Source: a virus (Duplodnaviria > Caudoviricetes). From it: a stretch of DNA of 58,119 nt. Under the pieces are notes generated by a model. It was given only the letters and a program-made list of their open reading frames with translations, did not search any database and was not told the DNA's origin. The translations under genes and the position numbers were made by a program. Each line of letters starts with the position of its first letter. Position 1 is the stretch's first letter. Positions 27,695 to 36,454 of this stretch are shown here, piece after piece. The stretch lies in the IMG/VR virus record IMGVR_UViG_3300046167_000289, positions 1 to 58,119 of that record; one strand, given 5' to 3'.

Positions 27695-28831
27695 CTATCT
27701 AATATTGTTTATAGTATCGAATGATTTATCAAATTCTATTGTGTATTCTACTAATTTGTCATTTAAAGAAGTCTTGTAAGTAATATCACTTGTCTTAACA
27801 TTGATTGGTAAGACTTGCTCTCCATCTTCTGTGATGTTAGTAACCCATACCTTCTCAGATAACATCATCTGTTTAAACACCTCGTTATATTCTTCACTCA
27901 AAAATCCACTACTCAATGTAACAGATTCTTTACCTACTAAATTAAAATCTCTGTAAACGTGATTACTTCTATTGTATGTAGAGCCAGATAATATGTTTGA
28001 TTTATAAGATTCTTTTTCAACATTCATTCTTTCTACTGATTTCTTAAAGAAGTACATATCCTGTAAAGCACCAAACTTGTTTATAAACGTTACCTTTTTA
28101 GGTTCGTATTTACATTCTTCTAAAATCTCTACATTTATGATTTGAATACCATCACTATCTGAAACAACTATTTTATCTACTGCTCCTATTGAGTAATCAT
28201 TGAAGTATGCTTCTAAACATTTATTAGATTCATAATCTGTACCACCATTCTCTAAAACCCTCTCTTTAAAAGTATCCCAATTAGTAGTAGCTCCATAAAT
28301 AGAAACATACTTTATCTGTTCTGAACTTTGAGGATTTGATTGAAATATTGTAGTACCTACAATTTCATTATCTTTTAAAAATGTAACTGTTGGGCTTGAT
28401 TCGGTATAAATAGGTATTCTGAAAGTATTATCCTCTAAAACAAACAACTTTCTATTTGTAATCATTGTTGCGTCTTGCGATGTTGAAGATTGCTCAAAGT
28501 AATCATAACCATCTAAACATAAAGAAGTAAATCCATAGCCAGTAATTATATTACCACTTGCATTAAATGCTTGTAGTACAAAGTTTGCCCAAACTGGAGT
28601 AGATGAATAGTTACCATCAAAAGATGTTTCTATGTAATCTCTAATAAGTTCAGATACTTCAAATACTACTGTATCTCCTATATTTATAGCACTCTTACTT
28701 ATAACATAATCAGATTCTGGCGGAGGAGATGTTTCTATTCCAGTCCATATTTTTATAGTTAAAGTAACAGATGCTTGTAGGGCATTTGTAAATGGTATAT
28801 ATTTCGGACTTCTTACATTTATTATTGCCAT
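27695..28831 (-). CDS. Distal tail-like structural protein
   Basis: 378 aa; FINKFGALQ, TLSSGF, SEKVW. Confidence 0.6.
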   Translation of the reverse strand: MAIINVRSPKYIPFTNALQASVTLTIKIWTGIETSPPPESDYVISKSAINIGDTVVFEVSELIRDYIETSFDGNYSSTPVWANFVLQAFNASGNIITGYGFTSLCLDGYDYFEQSSTSQDATMITNRKLFVLEDNTFRIPIYTESSPTVTFLKDNEIVGTTIFQSNPQSSEQIKYVSIYGATTNWDTFKERVLENGGTDYESNKCLEAYFNDYSIGAVDKIVVSDSDGIQIINVEILEECKYEPKKVTFINKFGALQDMYFFKKSVERMNVEKESYKSNILSGSTYNRSNHVYRDFNLVGKESVTLSSGFLSEEYNEVFKQMMLSEKVWVTNITEDGEQVLPINVKTSDITYKTSLNDKLVEYTIEFDKSFDTINNIR

Positions 28832-29340
28832 TAGTTAATAGATTTTAATTTATCAAGGCTTAACAGTATATCCTTTCTGTAACCTTCTTTTAATATTGTT
28901 TTTATTTGTTCTTTAGTTTGTTCTTGTACTGCTTGTATAAATCCACTACCTTTATATCCAAATCTCTTAGAAATACCATTTTTCTTTATACCTCTCGCTA
29001 TTGCATTAGCTATAGACCTGTTGGTATAACTCTTTATTGAAACGTATCTTCCTTTCCTGTCTCTTGGTTGTATCCCTTTGTATTTCATCCAATTCAAGAT
29101 AGAATCTACAAACTTAGGACTGACTCCTTTAGAATTACTCTTATTTTTTATACCGTCAGATAAGGCATTTGCATACTGTTCTCCAAAAACGTATAACTCA
29201 TTATCCTCAACCCTATACTTAAAAGAACTATCTAATTTACCAGAAGCCTTGAACTTATCATTCTTAGCTTCTTGCTTTAGATTCTTTCTAATTAGCTTAC
29301 CAACCTCTCTCAAGGCTAATTTTAGGTTCTCTCCCTCCAT
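28831..29340 (-). CDS. Putative neck/tail completion protein
   Basis: Basic 169 aa, ASGKLDSS; in tail operon. Confidence 0.55.
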   Translation of the reverse strand: MEGENLKLALREVGKLIRKNLKQEAKNDKFKASGKLDSSFKYRVEDNELYVFGEQYANALSDGIKNKSNSKGVSPKFVDSILNWMKYKGIQPRDRKGRYVSIKSYTNRSIANAIARGIKKNGISKRFGYKGSGFIQAVQEQTKEQIKTILKEGYRKDILLSLDKLKSIN

Positions 29341-29798
29341 TAACAGATACTTATGCCATTAGGAATCTCTATTGATATATCTACACTCCAACCAGCTAAT
29401 TCGTTGCTAAAACGTTCTTTAAATGGTTGTGCAACAGGTTGTGTTGTTACTTGATAATTAATCTCAAACAAATCACCTCTCATCAACTTCATTATTAAAG
29501 AGTTTATAACCTCAAACTGAGTATTCATAACGTCTTGTAAGTTATCATTACCATAAAACAGTTCGTAATCAGATTTCTTAGTATTGTAATCAACTATGTC
29601 TGCACAAAGTAACTTAATATCAAAAACAACTGTTCTTTCCTTGTAATTAGCACTATCTATTAGCATATGCGATAATGGAAACATAGTTGTCTTATCTAAG
29701 TCAACATCAGTTATATCTCCGTAAGTAACAGTATTTACTGATGGGTTAGTTAATAACTCGTCTTTTATGACGTCTAATATGTCGTAAACGTGTGTCAT
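29340..29798 (-). CDS. Putative tail terminator protein
   Basis: 152 aa acidic; PFKERFSNELAGW. Confidence 0.55.
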   Translation of the reverse strand: MTHVYDILDVIKDELLTNPSVNTVTYGDITDVDLDKTTMFPLSHMLIDSANYKERTVVFDIKLLCADIVDYNTKKSDYELFYGNDNLQDVMNTQFEVINSLIMKLMRGDLFEINYQVTTQPVAQPFKERFSNELAGWSVDISIEIPNGISIC

Positions 29799-30564
29799 CT
29801 CATTTTTTGTTTTAACATTCTACTTTCTAATTCTGATTTTTCTTTTATAAACTCTAAATACATTAAACATTGGTGTAAAGGGAGTTCTGTAACTTCTCCG
29901 ATTCTTCTAACATCTTCTCCAGCGAGAGTAAATATTGCTTGATAGTCTCCCCATTTTTTACCGAATGCTCGTCCTGATGACCCTCCTGTTTCTTCTGTAA
30001 CTCTTTGAGTGTATAAGCCATCGTATAATTCCCTAATTTTGTCGCTAAACGATAAAAAAAAACCCTTGCACCAAGTGCAGCGTCTAATGGAGCGTCTCTC
30101 ATTACATCAGCCATATACTCTGTACCCTTGTAATCGTGTATAAGATACTTATCTTTACTCTTGAACTTAATTGGTCTGTAAAGAACTGCCATTGCTTTAT
30201 GGTAGTTGTCATTATCAAACATATATTTCTCTAAATCTATAAACTCACCATAACTCATTTTATCAAAGTTAGGTATCAAACCAAACTCAACAACAACATC
30301 ATCAGTTCCCTTTAAACTAAACTTATGTACAAGTTCTGGTTTCTCATTCAGTACAGATGATAAGTGGATTAAAGCATTGTCAAATACACTTAAACCTATC
30401 TTATCAACGTCTGATAACTTTATGTTACAGAATATCTCTAATACCTTTTTGTTTAGAAACTCAGCAGCATTCTCATCATCCTTATTCTTGTCGTAGACAT
30501 TAATATACTTTTGCCATTGACTCAACTTAATCCCTCTTAAATTTGCAGGTATAGTAAACTCCAT
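29795..30564 (-). CDS. Tail assembly chaperone-like gene with -1 frameshift (233 aa unshifted, about 256 aa shifted)
   Basis: Slippery GGGTTTTTTTTT at 30054-30065; -1 frame open to a TGA overlapping the next ATG. Confidence 0.7.
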
Positions 30565-30585
30565 AAATAATCAATCTTATATTAA

Positions 30586-30613
30586 GATAACTTAATTTAT
30601 TTTTTTTGTGTTA
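30586..30613 (-). promoter_or_regulatory. Putative late promoter (tail operon)
   Basis: TAACAC-N16-GTTATC. Confidence 0.65.
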
Positions 30614-30616
30614 ATT

Positions 30617-30648
30617 TTTGCTATAATGAATAATTTTAGTTATATTTG
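30617..30648 (+). promoter_or_regulatory. Bacteroidota-type promoter, divergent from the tail promoter
   Basis: TTTG-N20-TATATTTG. Confidence 0.7.
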
Positions 30649-30659
30649 CCTAAGAAGTA

Positions 30660-30908
30660 TTGACTATGAATATTTTAGATGAGAAGTTAAGTATTAGGTT
30701 TATGAAGTTTAAATGCTTAGACACTAATAGAATATACAGAGTAGTAGAAACTATCTCTACATTTGATTTAAAGAAGCCTCACTACTTCGATAAAGTTAAA
30801 GAATGTAAAGACACAGTAAAGAGAGATGATGGTGTTAGAAAGTCTTTTAAGAGGGAGCAGTTAGGTGATAGGTTTAAGAATATAGAAGGAATAATAAGTA
30901 AATACTAA
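30660..30908 (+). CDS. Hypothetical protein (start uncertain)
   Basis: First ORF of the plus-strand operon. Confidence 0.65.
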   Translation: MTMNILDEKLSIRFMKFKCLDTNRIYRVVETISTFDLKKPHYFDKVKECKDTVKRDDGVRKSFKREQLGDRFKNIEGIISKY

Positions 30909-30918
30909 AATAACAATT

Positions 30919-31284
30919 ATGAATGAACAACAAATAACAAAAGAATCCATTTCGTACCTAAAGTCAGTACTACTGTCTCAATTACTATTAGAAGCTAATG
31001 AGGAACTTGTAGCTACCAACAGGTATAAACAAAGCCTAAAACAACAACTAAACAGAACAAACAGTCTATTAGAGCCTATCGTAAGAGAAGAGTTTGATAA
31101 TATCTACAAGACAGACCCTGATATGGCAACCAATATACTAAACAAAGTAGAGTGTGTTATAGATAAAATAGCATCATACCAGATAGAAGAGTTGATAATA
31201 CTTGAATCTATTGTAGATAAATATGAGAACAATAAAGAATGGTTCTTGAAATATGCTGAATCTGATTTCCTAAGACTTGACTAA
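30919..31284 (+). CDS. Hypothetical protein (121 aa)
   Basis: ATG with A-rich leader, helical protein. Confidence 0.75.
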   Translation: MNEQQITKESISYLKSVLLSQLLLEANEELVATNRYKQSLKQQLNRTNSLLEPIVREEFDNIYKTDPDMATNILNKVECVIDKIASYQIEELIILESIVDKYENNKEWFLKYAESDFLRLD

Positions 31285-31285
31285 T

Positions 31286-32374
31286 ATGGAATTCAAGCTA
31301 AACAACCTTGAATATGCTTGGGTAGGCAATGAATTAAGACACATAGCAAGTGGAAATAAGTCTGATAAGTATTTCTTAGACGAAGACTTAACTATACCGC
31401 TTGTGTTCTGTAAGGGTGTTAAGATAAAGAGCTACTGGAGAAAAGAACCTAATATAGATGACTCTGTTATTAGAGACTTCTTTGGTTCATCTGAATCTGT
31501 AGAACATTACAATAAGAAGATAGAACTATCTAAATCTTTGGAGTTACAGTTCGGTAAGCATTTAATTATAGGAAACTCCTCTAAAGTAGAGTATAGAGTT
31601 AAATCTATAAATAAGATTATAGACCTAATATTCTTAGATAAGAATGGAGATATTCTTATAGGTATTGAGGTTTTATGCACAAACAAAAAAACATATAAAG
31701 ACATTAAAAAGTTTAACGAAGTAAAATTCCCAATATATGAGTATAATATTAACACAGGAGAAGTCTATCCAATTAGCTCAGGATGTACTAATACAGAAGA
31801 AATTAAAGTTTTGTCAAGACAGATTAGAGAAATTGAACAAAGTATCAGCGAAAATAAACCAAGACTTATTAGAGGCAAGGAATTCCTACTCAGACAACGA
31901 AATAGTATTAAAGGACTTAAAAAAGGAATTAAAAGAATTGATGATAAACGTAAGAAAATCTGGAGAGACTATTACAGATTTGAAGAACAAGAATCACACT
32001 ACGATTCAGAAGAAATCATTGAGAGTGAAATTAGAGAAACTAATAAAAGAAGAGAATATTTTAGAAGAGAAATTAATTTATTTAACGAAGTCGAGGAGGA
32101 ATCCCTTAGTAAAGAAATTGAATACTTTGCAGAAAAAGAAAGACAAGATATTAAGTCCGTTACAGAACAAATTGAAAACTTTGACGATAGCGAAAGAAGA
32201 GAGACTGAAGCCCTTAGAATTCAAATTGATAGACTCGAGAATCAAACTGGAGATGTTTCAAGGCTTACAAAAGGAGTATCAGCTCTTAATGCAAAACATT
32301 ACGAACATACCTCTATTGAAAATAGAAACAAAAAACTTAGAGAAGAAATTAAAAGAATTACAGAATCAAATTAA
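31286..32374 (+). CDS. CoiA-like PD-(D/E)XK nuclease with charged C-terminal tail
   Basis: ESVEHY...VEY...IIDL...IGIEVLCT. Confidence 0.55.
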   Translation: MEFKLNNLEYAWVGNELRHIASGNKSDKYFLDEDLTIPLVFCKGVKIKSYWRKEPNIDDSVIRDFFGSSESVEHYNKKIELSKSLELQFGKHLIIGNSSKVEYRVKSINKIIDLIFLDKNGDILIGIEVLCTNKKTYKDIKKFNEVKFPIYEYNINTGEVYPISSGCTNTEEIKVLSRQIREIEQSISENKPRLIRGKEFLLRQRNSIKGLKKGIKRIDDKRKKIWRDYYRFEEQESHYDSEEIIESEIRETNKRREYFRREINLFNEVEEESLSKEIEYFAEKERQDIKSVTEQIENFDDSERRETEALRIQIDRLENQTGDVSRLTKGVSALNAKHYEHTSIENRNKKLREEIKRITESN

Positions 32375-32378
32375 TTAA
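31737..32378 (+). CDS. Coiled-coil protein overlapping the nuclease gene in another frame
   Basis: 213-codon ATG-started ORF with L/K/E/Q heptad pattern. Confidence 0.5.
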   Translation: MSIILTQEKSIQLAQDVLIQKKLKFCQDRLEKLNKVSAKINQDLLEARNSYSDNEIVLKDLKKELKELMINVRKSGETITDLKNKNHTTIQKKSLRVKLEKLIKEENILEEKLIYLTKSRRNPLVKKLNTLQKKKDKILSPLQNKLKTLTIAKEERLKPLEFKLIDSRIKLEMFQGLQKEYQLLMQNITNIPLLKIETKNLEKKLKELQNQIN

Positions 32379-32388
32379 AACAATCATT

Positions 32389-32547
32389 ATGAAAAAAAGA
32401 CTAACACAAAAGTTACAACAACTAATAGATAACTTACCTACAGGTAACAAAAGAAAAGAAGCTAAAGAAGACCTACTAAGTCTTAAACTAAGCCAAAGCG
32501 ATTACCATTACATAATGTTAGCTGATAAGTATAAAGATAATCTATAG
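32389..32547 (+). CDS. Hypothetical protein (52 aa)
   Basis: MKKRLTQKLQQLID...; A-rich leader. Confidence 0.6.
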   Translation: MKKRLTQKLQQLIDNLPTGNKRKEAKEDLLSLKLSQSDYHYIMLADKYKDNL

Positions 32548-32581
32548 TACATAGATAAACTATATTATTTATTTATAGTAG

Positions 32582-32609
32582 CAAAACAAAAATTAATTAT
32601 TTAGTTATA
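32582..32609 (+). promoter_or_regulatory. Putative late promoter facing a non-coding region
   Basis: CAAAAC-N16-GTTATA; nearly identical to the promoter at 20075-20102. Confidence 0.65.
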
Positions 32610-32612
32610 TTA

Positions 32613-32835
32613 ATATACAGAGTTGTAGTTCTCTTTAACCTACCAAACTTTAGTCATAATCGTAAGGCTATTGGTTCAGATACATTAAGTCTCCTTAGTA
32701 ATTGCATCTATAACCTTTATAGTCTTCGTAGCACCCAATAGATATTCAAACTAACGAGCATACCAGTTATATCAGTTAACTAACAATTAACATACATTAA
32801 GACTTTAGGAGGGTGCATATCTAACCATCGAGCAT
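32613..32835 (+). ncRNA. Candidate late-expressed structured non-coding RNA
   Basis: Late promoter, no ATG for about 310 nt, several complementary segments. Confidence 0.4.
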
Positions 32836-32838
32836 ATA

Positions 32839-32961
32839 ATTATATTTTCAAAATTAGTTTACCTGTTTATAACAAAAAGATATTAGACTATAATCAGTCT
32901 TGGACTAATTATTATATTTTCAAAATTGATATGTCAGTTTTAAACGAAAAGATATTTGACT
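32839..32961. repeat. Two imperfect ~51-bp direct repeats, 72-bp period
   Basis: ATTATATTTTCAAAATT...AAAAGATATT(A/T)GACT at 32839 and 32911. Confidence 0.75.
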
Positions 32962-33389
32962 TATGGTTGAATTCATCGAAGTGACATACTACACAATCCT
33001 AATCTTTGATTTACGCCATTATCTCTATCTATGTGGTATGTTAGTATACATTTAATATTTGAGTGGCTTAGAATGGCTTATATTGAGTTTTGAATATCGG
33101 TTTAAATTCCTATAATATATCCCCATACAGAACCAAGCAATTAAAAAAATAACTGTATAAAAAAATACTATTACAAAATGAATTATAATAGTATTAATTA
33201 ATAGGTTAAAATGTAGTTTTAATTTTCTTTGTAAGCATCAAACCCTATAACCTCAACGAAACCCATATCTAAACTATTTAATAGTTGTTTATATATTTTA
33301 GTTCGTTTGGGATGTTTACAGTCTCTTATGCCTGCAATGTGTTTTGTACCGCCTTCTTTAAAGTAGTAGTGAAATTGTATTTTCATATA

Positions 33390-33593
33390 TTAAAAAGTTA
33401 TTTTATTAAATTGTTTTTTTATACAGCTTATTGCCTTGAAACTTTCGAACCTATTTTTATATCGATACAAATCATTTGTTAGTACATAGCTTTCGATATA
33501 AGTTTTATGCTCGTTTAAATTGTAGCAAATAAAACCTTTATTTGTTGTTAGTAATTTGATTGTTAAATTAGTGTTAGTTCTTATGGTATCCAT
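33390..33593 (-). CDS. Small early protein (67 aa)
   Basis: Shares LTNDL.R....F with 35364-35567. Confidence 0.6.
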   Translation of the reverse strand: MDTIRTNTNLTIKLLTTNKGFICYNLNEHKTYIESYVLTNDLYRYKNRFESFKAISCIKKQFNKITF

Positions 33594-33605
33594 ATTGTTT
33601 TGTTT

Positions 33606-34223
33606 TTAGTGATAGATTAATCCTACTTTGTTGTTATTTGGGTTGATGTATTTTGATGCAAACAAATCTATTTTTGAAGCGTTGATATATCCCGCTTTTT
33701 TTAGTTCTGTTTCTGTTTTAAAAATCTTTGTATGGCGGTCTTTATTTTTATCTATTAAATTAGTTTGTTTACCACTGTCCGAAAATATAAAATCAAAATT
33801 GTTTGGTATTGAATCGCTATTGTTTTTTACGATGGAAATGCTATTTGTATAAGCATAAAATTTAACGTTTGGCAATTGCTCGGCAATCTGCATCCAATCT
33901 AAAAAATACTTATTAGAATAAAAATCTCCGCTATCGTGTACCCTTAAAAAATCAACACGCTTTTTTATTATTTCCGCTTTCATTATCTCAATGAAATCTT
34001 TTTGCTTTGTTAAATTATATCTTTGCTCAAAAACCTTTGCAACGTTTGACCAAACATAAGCACCTTTTTTAGCGTAACAAAATTTAATACATTTATCCGC
34101 AAAAGGGCAAGTAATTTTCCCCTTACTTGTTTTATATGCCGTTATCCCAAAGTTAAAGACTCTTAATCCGAGTTCCTTTGATGTCTTTTTTAATTTACTG
34201 TTTTGTGTTATTATTGATTTCAT
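33606..34223 (-). CDS. GP88-like protein (Cys-triad, radical-SAM-like)
   Basis: TCPFADKCIKFCYA, RVHDSGDF, FYAYT. Confidence 0.75.
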   Translation of the reverse strand: MKSIITQNSKLKKTSKELGLRVFNFGITAYKTSKGKITCPFADKCIKFCYAKKGAYVWSNVAKVFEQRYNLTKQKDFIEIMKAEIIKKRVDFLRVHDSGDFYSNKYFLDWMQIAEQLPNVKFYAYTNSISIVKNNSDSIPNNFDFIFSDSGKQTNLIDKNKDRHTKIFKTETELKKAGYINASKIDLFASKYINPNNNKVGLIYH

Positions 34224-34234
34224 AATTATATGTA

Positions 34235-34390
34235 TTAAAAAGGTAATTCTACTAATTTATTAATAAGTTTTATTTTTTCGTTTGCTATTTCTGTTTGGAT
34301 TTCAATCTCTAATTTATCGATATGATGCAATAAATATAAATTGTCTGTTGCCGTTGCAAAATCTCTAATTTGTTGTATTGTTTCTTTCAT
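34235..34390 (-). CDS. Small early protein (51 aa)
   Basis: MKETIQQIRDFATA...ELPF. Confidence 0.55.
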   Translation of the reverse strand: MKETIQQIRDFATATDNLYLLHHIDKLEIEIQTEIANEKIKLINKLVELPF

Positions 34391-34394
34391 TGTT

Positions 34395-34538
34395 TTAATT
34401 TTTAAAATGTATTTTGTGAATACTTAAAGTTTTTAGTGTTGGATATATCCAATTTTGTTTTACTCCTTGAATCTGAAGAGATTGTATTAATAAAAATTTT
34501 AAGTTTAAAAAATCATTAATGTTTGATTGATTTGTCAT
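34395..34538 (-). CDS. Small early protein (47 aa)
   Basis: MTNQSNINDF...; first ORF after the promoter. Confidence 0.45.
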   Translation of the reverse strand: MTNQSNINDFLNLKFLLIQSLQIQGVKQNWIYPTLKTLSIHKIHFKN

Positions 34539-34579
34539 AATTTTTATTTTTAATTTGTTATTAATTCTTATTTACATTT

Positions 34580-34609
34580 CAAAGATACAACTTATTTTGG
34601 AATAAACAA
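34580..34609 (-). promoter_or_regulatory. Bacteroidota-type early promoter
   Basis: TTG-N19-TATCTTTG with AT-rich upstream region. Confidence 0.75.
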
Positions 34610-34814
34610 CAAAAAACCAAAAAAAATGTAAAAATAACACAAAAATAATTTTTCAACGTTTTTAGCTGATGTATCAAAACTTTAAATTTGAAGTATAATT
34701 TTAAAGTAATGAACGCATACGCAACTACAATAATTTTTTCACATACACAAATAAATTTACTATTTATTTTCAGTCTAAATAAGCTATTTAGAAGCGTTCC
34801 AAATAACAAAAATA

Positions 34815-34907
34815 CCCCCATCATATTAAACGACCCCCATTATATTAAACATAGGGCATCATATTAAACACCCCTCCATATTAAACAATCCCCATTATAT
34901 TAAACAT
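34815..34907. repeat. Iteron-like array 1: five CCCCATYATATTAAAC-type units
   Basis: ATATTAAAC cores end at 34831, 34850, 34869, 34886, 34905. Confidence 0.9.
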
Positions 34908-34912
34908 AAAGC

Positions 34913-34939
34913 AAAAAAAAAGCCTCGTTAAAGGCTTTC
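34913..34939 (-). terminator. Intrinsic terminator
   Basis: AAAGCCT/AGGCTTT stem plus U run. Confidence 0.65.
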
Positions 34940-34945
34940 TTTGTT

Positions 34946-35149
34946 TTAATACCATTCTAAAAAATTAATAATTGAATCGTATTCACTATAGATTGATTCG
35001 TTATTGTATTTAGACTCGTAAAACTCTTTATAGTATCCTTTAATGGATGGAAAGGCATCATCATAGGGTAACTCCTTTAGAGGATGTTTTGTGTCTGCAA
35101 ACTGCGTTAAATTGTAGAATAGAAATTCGTGATAATTTATTGTTGTCAT
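34946..35149 (-). CDS. Small early protein (67 aa)
   Basis: Packed ORF in early operon. Confidence 0.65.
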   Translation of the reverse strand: MTTINYHEFLFYNLTQFADTKHPLKELPYDDAFPSIKGYYKEFYESKYNNESIYSEYDSIINFLEWY

Positions 35150-35152
35150 ATC

Positions 35153-35359
35153 TTATAATTGTTTTAAGGTTTCTTTTAATCTATCTTTTAAATCTTTGTT
35201 TTCTTTGTTCACCTCTTTAATAGCTAAATAGAGTAAGGAATCTAAATCTTGTAGTAAATTACGAGCATTGAATACTACTGTATTATTGTCATTTTGAATA
35301 TGTACTTCGCCATCTTGCGACCAAATTGTGTGTGTTTCGTGTATATATGTATGTTTCAT
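35153..35359 (-). CDS. Small early protein (68 aa)
   Basis: Packed ORF. Confidence 0.7.
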   Translation of the reverse strand: MKHTYIHETHTIWSQDGEVHIQNDNNTVVFNARNLLQDLDSLLYLAIKEVNKENKDLKDRLKETLKQL

Positions 35360-35363
35360 AATC

Positions 35364-35567
35364 TTATAAATTTATATTAATTATTCTTAATTGTTTTTTT
35401 ACTATATCAGTCAGCAGAAACTTACTGTTGATGCCAAACTTTTTTCTATGCCTTGTCAAATCATTTGTAAGAATCATCTTATCAAGATTATTATTTGTTT
35501 CAGTATAGACTATAAAATCTTTTTTAGTAGTGTAGATTTGTACTGCTTTAAGGATGTTTATGTTCAT
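35364..35567 (-). CDS. Small early protein (67 aa)
   Basis: Packed ORF; similar to 33390-33593. Confidence 0.65.
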   Translation of the reverse strand: MNINILKAVQIYTTKKDFIVYTETNNNLDKMILTNDLTRHRKKFGINSKFLLTDIVKKQLRIININL

Positions 35568-35590
35568 ATTATTTAGTTTTATTGTTTCTA

Positions 35591-36028
35591 TTAATCTTCA
35601 AATAATGTTTCTATCTTATACTGCACATCATCTATTCCACTTAAAATATCTTGTACATCATCGTGGTAATCATCATTATGGCTTTTAGTTAAATCCATTA
35701 TAATTCTGTAGGCATCATCTAATAGTTCGATTGATGTTTTTATATTCTGCTTTTTATTCTGTACCGTATTATACGCTTGAGAACCCGATTTTATAAGTTT
35801 ATCCCAATTATCAACCTCTCTTACTAATATATCATCATCATCTCTTGTCTCTATAATCTCAACAACATATTGTTCATTTGAGATGCAGTTACAAAGTATT
35901 TGTATTTGATATAAATCATCTTCTGCTACCCAATCTTTACCAAATATTTTTTCTGCTTGTCTTTCTAAATTGTTTCTTCCAACGAAGCCATATGTAGATG
36001 TATATCTACCTTCTAAATTATTTTTCAT
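35591..36028 (-). CDS. Hypothetical early protein (145 aa)
   Basis: ATG with TAAATAAT leader. Confidence 0.7.
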   Translation of the reverse strand: MKNNLEGRYTSTYGFVGRNNLERQAEKIFGKDWVAEDDLYQIQILCNCISNEQYVVEIIETRDDDDILVREVDNWDKLIKSGSQAYNTVQNKKQNIKTSIELLDDAYRIIMDLTKSHNDDYHDDVQDILSGIDDVQYKIETLFED

Positions 36029-36039
36029 ATTATTTAGTT

Positions 36040-36453
36040 TTAATTATAATTATTTTCATATTTTACATTTAACTGTTTGTACATTTGATAATCCATACCT
36101 ATTTGTTCTAAAATGTATTGTGTTGTTTCGCCATCTAAATCAGCAGATTTAAGTTTACTTATTAATACTTCAATTTTATTTACTTTTATAAATTGGACTA
36201 CTGCATCGTATGTAGTTTTAAACTTACTACCTATTGTTTCTATATGAAATAACTCTTCTACAGAATGGTCAGTATTGTTGCTTACTTTACATCTACTCTC
36301 GACTATTGTAAATTCATAACCAAGACTTTCTATCTTCTCAACTACACGCATCAGCCAATCCCAAGAGGTGTTATAGTTAGGTGTGACATACTCGCCCATC
36401 TCTTGATGGTCTTCCATTCCCATAAATTCTGCTATTAGTTTATTGTTATTCAT
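36040..36453 (-). CDS. Hypothetical early protein (NKLIAEFMG/SWDWLM type)
   Basis: Likely start MNNNKLIAEFMG just after the upstream stop. Confidence 0.7.
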   Translation of the reverse strand: MNNNKLIAEFMGMEDHQEMGEYVTPNYNTSWDWLMRVVEKIESLGYEFTIVESRCKVSNNTDHSVEELFHIETIGSKFKTTYDAVVQFIKVNKIEVLISKLKSADLDGETTQYILEQIGMDYQMYKQLNVKYENNYN

Positions 36454-36454
36454 A

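Noticed and set aside
4270-29362. Plus-strand ORFs in the supplied track opposite the minus-strand genes (and their copy B equivalents)
   Set aside because: Antisense shadows of well-supported genes, with no motifs or leaders.
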